Below the pieces are notes generated by a model. It made no database searches. It had not been told where the DNA came from and saw nothing but the letters and a program-made list of their open reading frames with translations. A DNA stretch of 64,000 nt from Takakia lepidozioides (lineage: Eukaryota > Plantae > Bryophyta). Both the position numbers and the translations under genes were made by a program. Below are positions 63,001 to 64,000 of this stretch, one piece after another. The DNA is taken from contig CM060734.1 of assembly GCA_030704615.1 (NCBI GenBank), positions 18,352,001 to 18,416,000 of the forward strand, given 5' to 3'. Within the stretch, counting starts at the first letter, position 1. Each line of letters starts with the position of its first letter.

Positions 63001-63840
63001 CAACGTCTTATGAGTACAATCTCTCCTTTGAACAGCAAACAGAAGCAGAGAGGAAAGGGGGATTGCAAATGCCCGTTGTGTGGGCAACCTGAAGACATTA
63101 TTCATTTCCTGATTCTTTGTCCTGGGTACTCTCACCAGAGGGACGCCCACTTCAAATCCATATAAGGGATTTGTGCCTGTACCTCTGTTTACCAACTTTG
63201 AAAATCTTGAGGCTGAGCCAAAAGCTCAGGCCCTTTTGGGGCCTAGTTATTGGGCAAATGACACAGCAGATTGATGCGTGTGTAAAGGGATTTCTAGAGG
63301 ATATCTGGGAAACTCAGATTGATCGTCTGTTCCAAGGTAGGTCATACTACCAGCATCAGCCCCTGACAAAGGTAGTTTCTGTCCCTTTGTGTTCCGCTCA
63401 AACTGGGCATAGGGTCAATGGCCACAAGGCTACGGCAAACGACGTCTTATGAGTAAATTCTCTCTTGCTGTCACTCTCTCCCAGGCCCTTGCGAGCCCTG
63501 GTCATTGCAAAGGTTCATTCTTCTTCTCTGATATAACAAATCTCTTTCTTTCTTTTTCTCTCGCGACAAATCTGTATGAATTCAATCTCTTCTGAAAGAA
63601 ACCCTTTCTTGAACTTTTATGGTCAGGCCTATGGAGTAAACAATTCTGGGAGTGAATCAGGATCTGATGCTGCTGACGAATTAGCGGACAGGGCTCCAGA
63701 TTTGGCAAGAGAGCAGCGGGATGAATCTGATCTGCTGCCAGGAACTGGGGGCCAATTTACAGTTGGACCAGAGAAACGGTTTCTGTTGCTTAGCCAGGGG
63801 TTCCCAGCAAAGCTTGTTGAGCAGGCCATTCGAGAGTTGG
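57084..63840 (+). CDS. 5' exons of a host gene with three UBA-like domains, probably a DRM-family de novo DNA (cytosine-5) methyltransferase; continues beyond the window
   Basis: Frame-consistent GT-AG exons 57084-57180, 57309-57448, 57621-57908, 58065-58170, 58360-58562, 63627-63840, with no stops. Repeats LEMGFPPHLVDRAIQAHG-NEGDANEIASLLL, RDMGFSPELIHRAIHMHG-AQAADSALVQFCL and SQGFPAKLVEQAIRELG resemble DRM UBA domains. The catalytic domain is not in the window. Confidence 0.7.
58667..60598 (+). mobile_element. 5'-truncated, decayed LINE (RTE/RTEX-like), copy 1, intronic
   Basis: GPDGI..ELIK, LYKKGDREEPGNYRGITLLS, GVAQGCTL.PLLFN, MFADD across frameshifts; ends in a (GT)n tail. Confidence 0.9.
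60850..62960 (+). mobile_element. 5'-truncated LINE copy 2 with an internal inversion, intronic
   Basis: KAGGPDGIVNELIK, EGQAGFRQNRGCVDHIF, GVAQGCTLSPLLFN, LMFADDF, YTYLG; 62025-62491 is inverted. Confidence 0.92.
62965..63480 (+). mobile_element. Further LINE 3'-end fragments with a C-terminal CCHC finger
   Basis: CKCPLCGQPEDIIHFLILC; the 3' terminus ggccacaaggc(t/g)acggcaaac(a/g)acgtcttatgagta occurs three times (about 62900, 62980, 63420). Confidence 0.85.
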
Positions 63841-64000
63841 GTGAGTGAATTCCTTCCACTAAGTGCAGAAGGCTTAGTGAAGGTGAGCTGCCTAGCAATT
63901 GCTGGTTCCCCAGACCAATAGAACGGAACTCTATAAATGTTTTTGGACATGCACACAGTAGACAAGCAAGAAAAGATAGCCATTAGGGTTAACAGTGACA

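Noticed and set aside
19476-63840. A functional link between the element's amino-MTase-like gene and the host DRM-like gene
   Set aside because: They are 33 kb apart, separated by unrelated insertions, and of different enzyme classes; proximity alone is not evidence.

Overview
Eukaryotic, repeat-saturated genomic DNA, most likely from a seed-free land plant (inference from element types and intron style); no prokaryotic features, CRISPR or rRNA. Content in order: (1) two copies of a decayed Galadriel-like Ty3/Gypsy chromovirus with 726-bp LTRs (1-6161 and 8889-10890); (2) a non-chromovirus Ty3/Gypsy family, as a rearranged fragment (14012-18492), a full-length 13.1-kb insertion with TSD and large accessory ORFs (28233-41336), and a PBS+LTR remnant (46078-47026); (3) the most unusual part, about 18495-24290, where a SWIM zinc-finger gene remnant lies head-to-head with an 8-exon gene whose spliced product ends in a bacterial-style beta-class DNA amino-methyltransferase (N6A/N4C) fold and whose intron holds a 147-bp-period array of palindromes, probably a DNA transposon carrying its own DNA-modification or anti-silencing module; (4) about 20 kb of a modular non-coding repeat family with tandem, inverted and hairpin structures, including a 2-kb-arm inverted repeat; (5) a tRNA-like SINE/MITE composite; (6) the 5' part of a host gene with three UBA-like domains, probably a DRM de novo cytosine methyltransferase (57084 to beyond the window), with a 5-kb intron full of RTE/RTEX-like LINE pieces. 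All family assignments come from motif recognition by eye; no database search was run.
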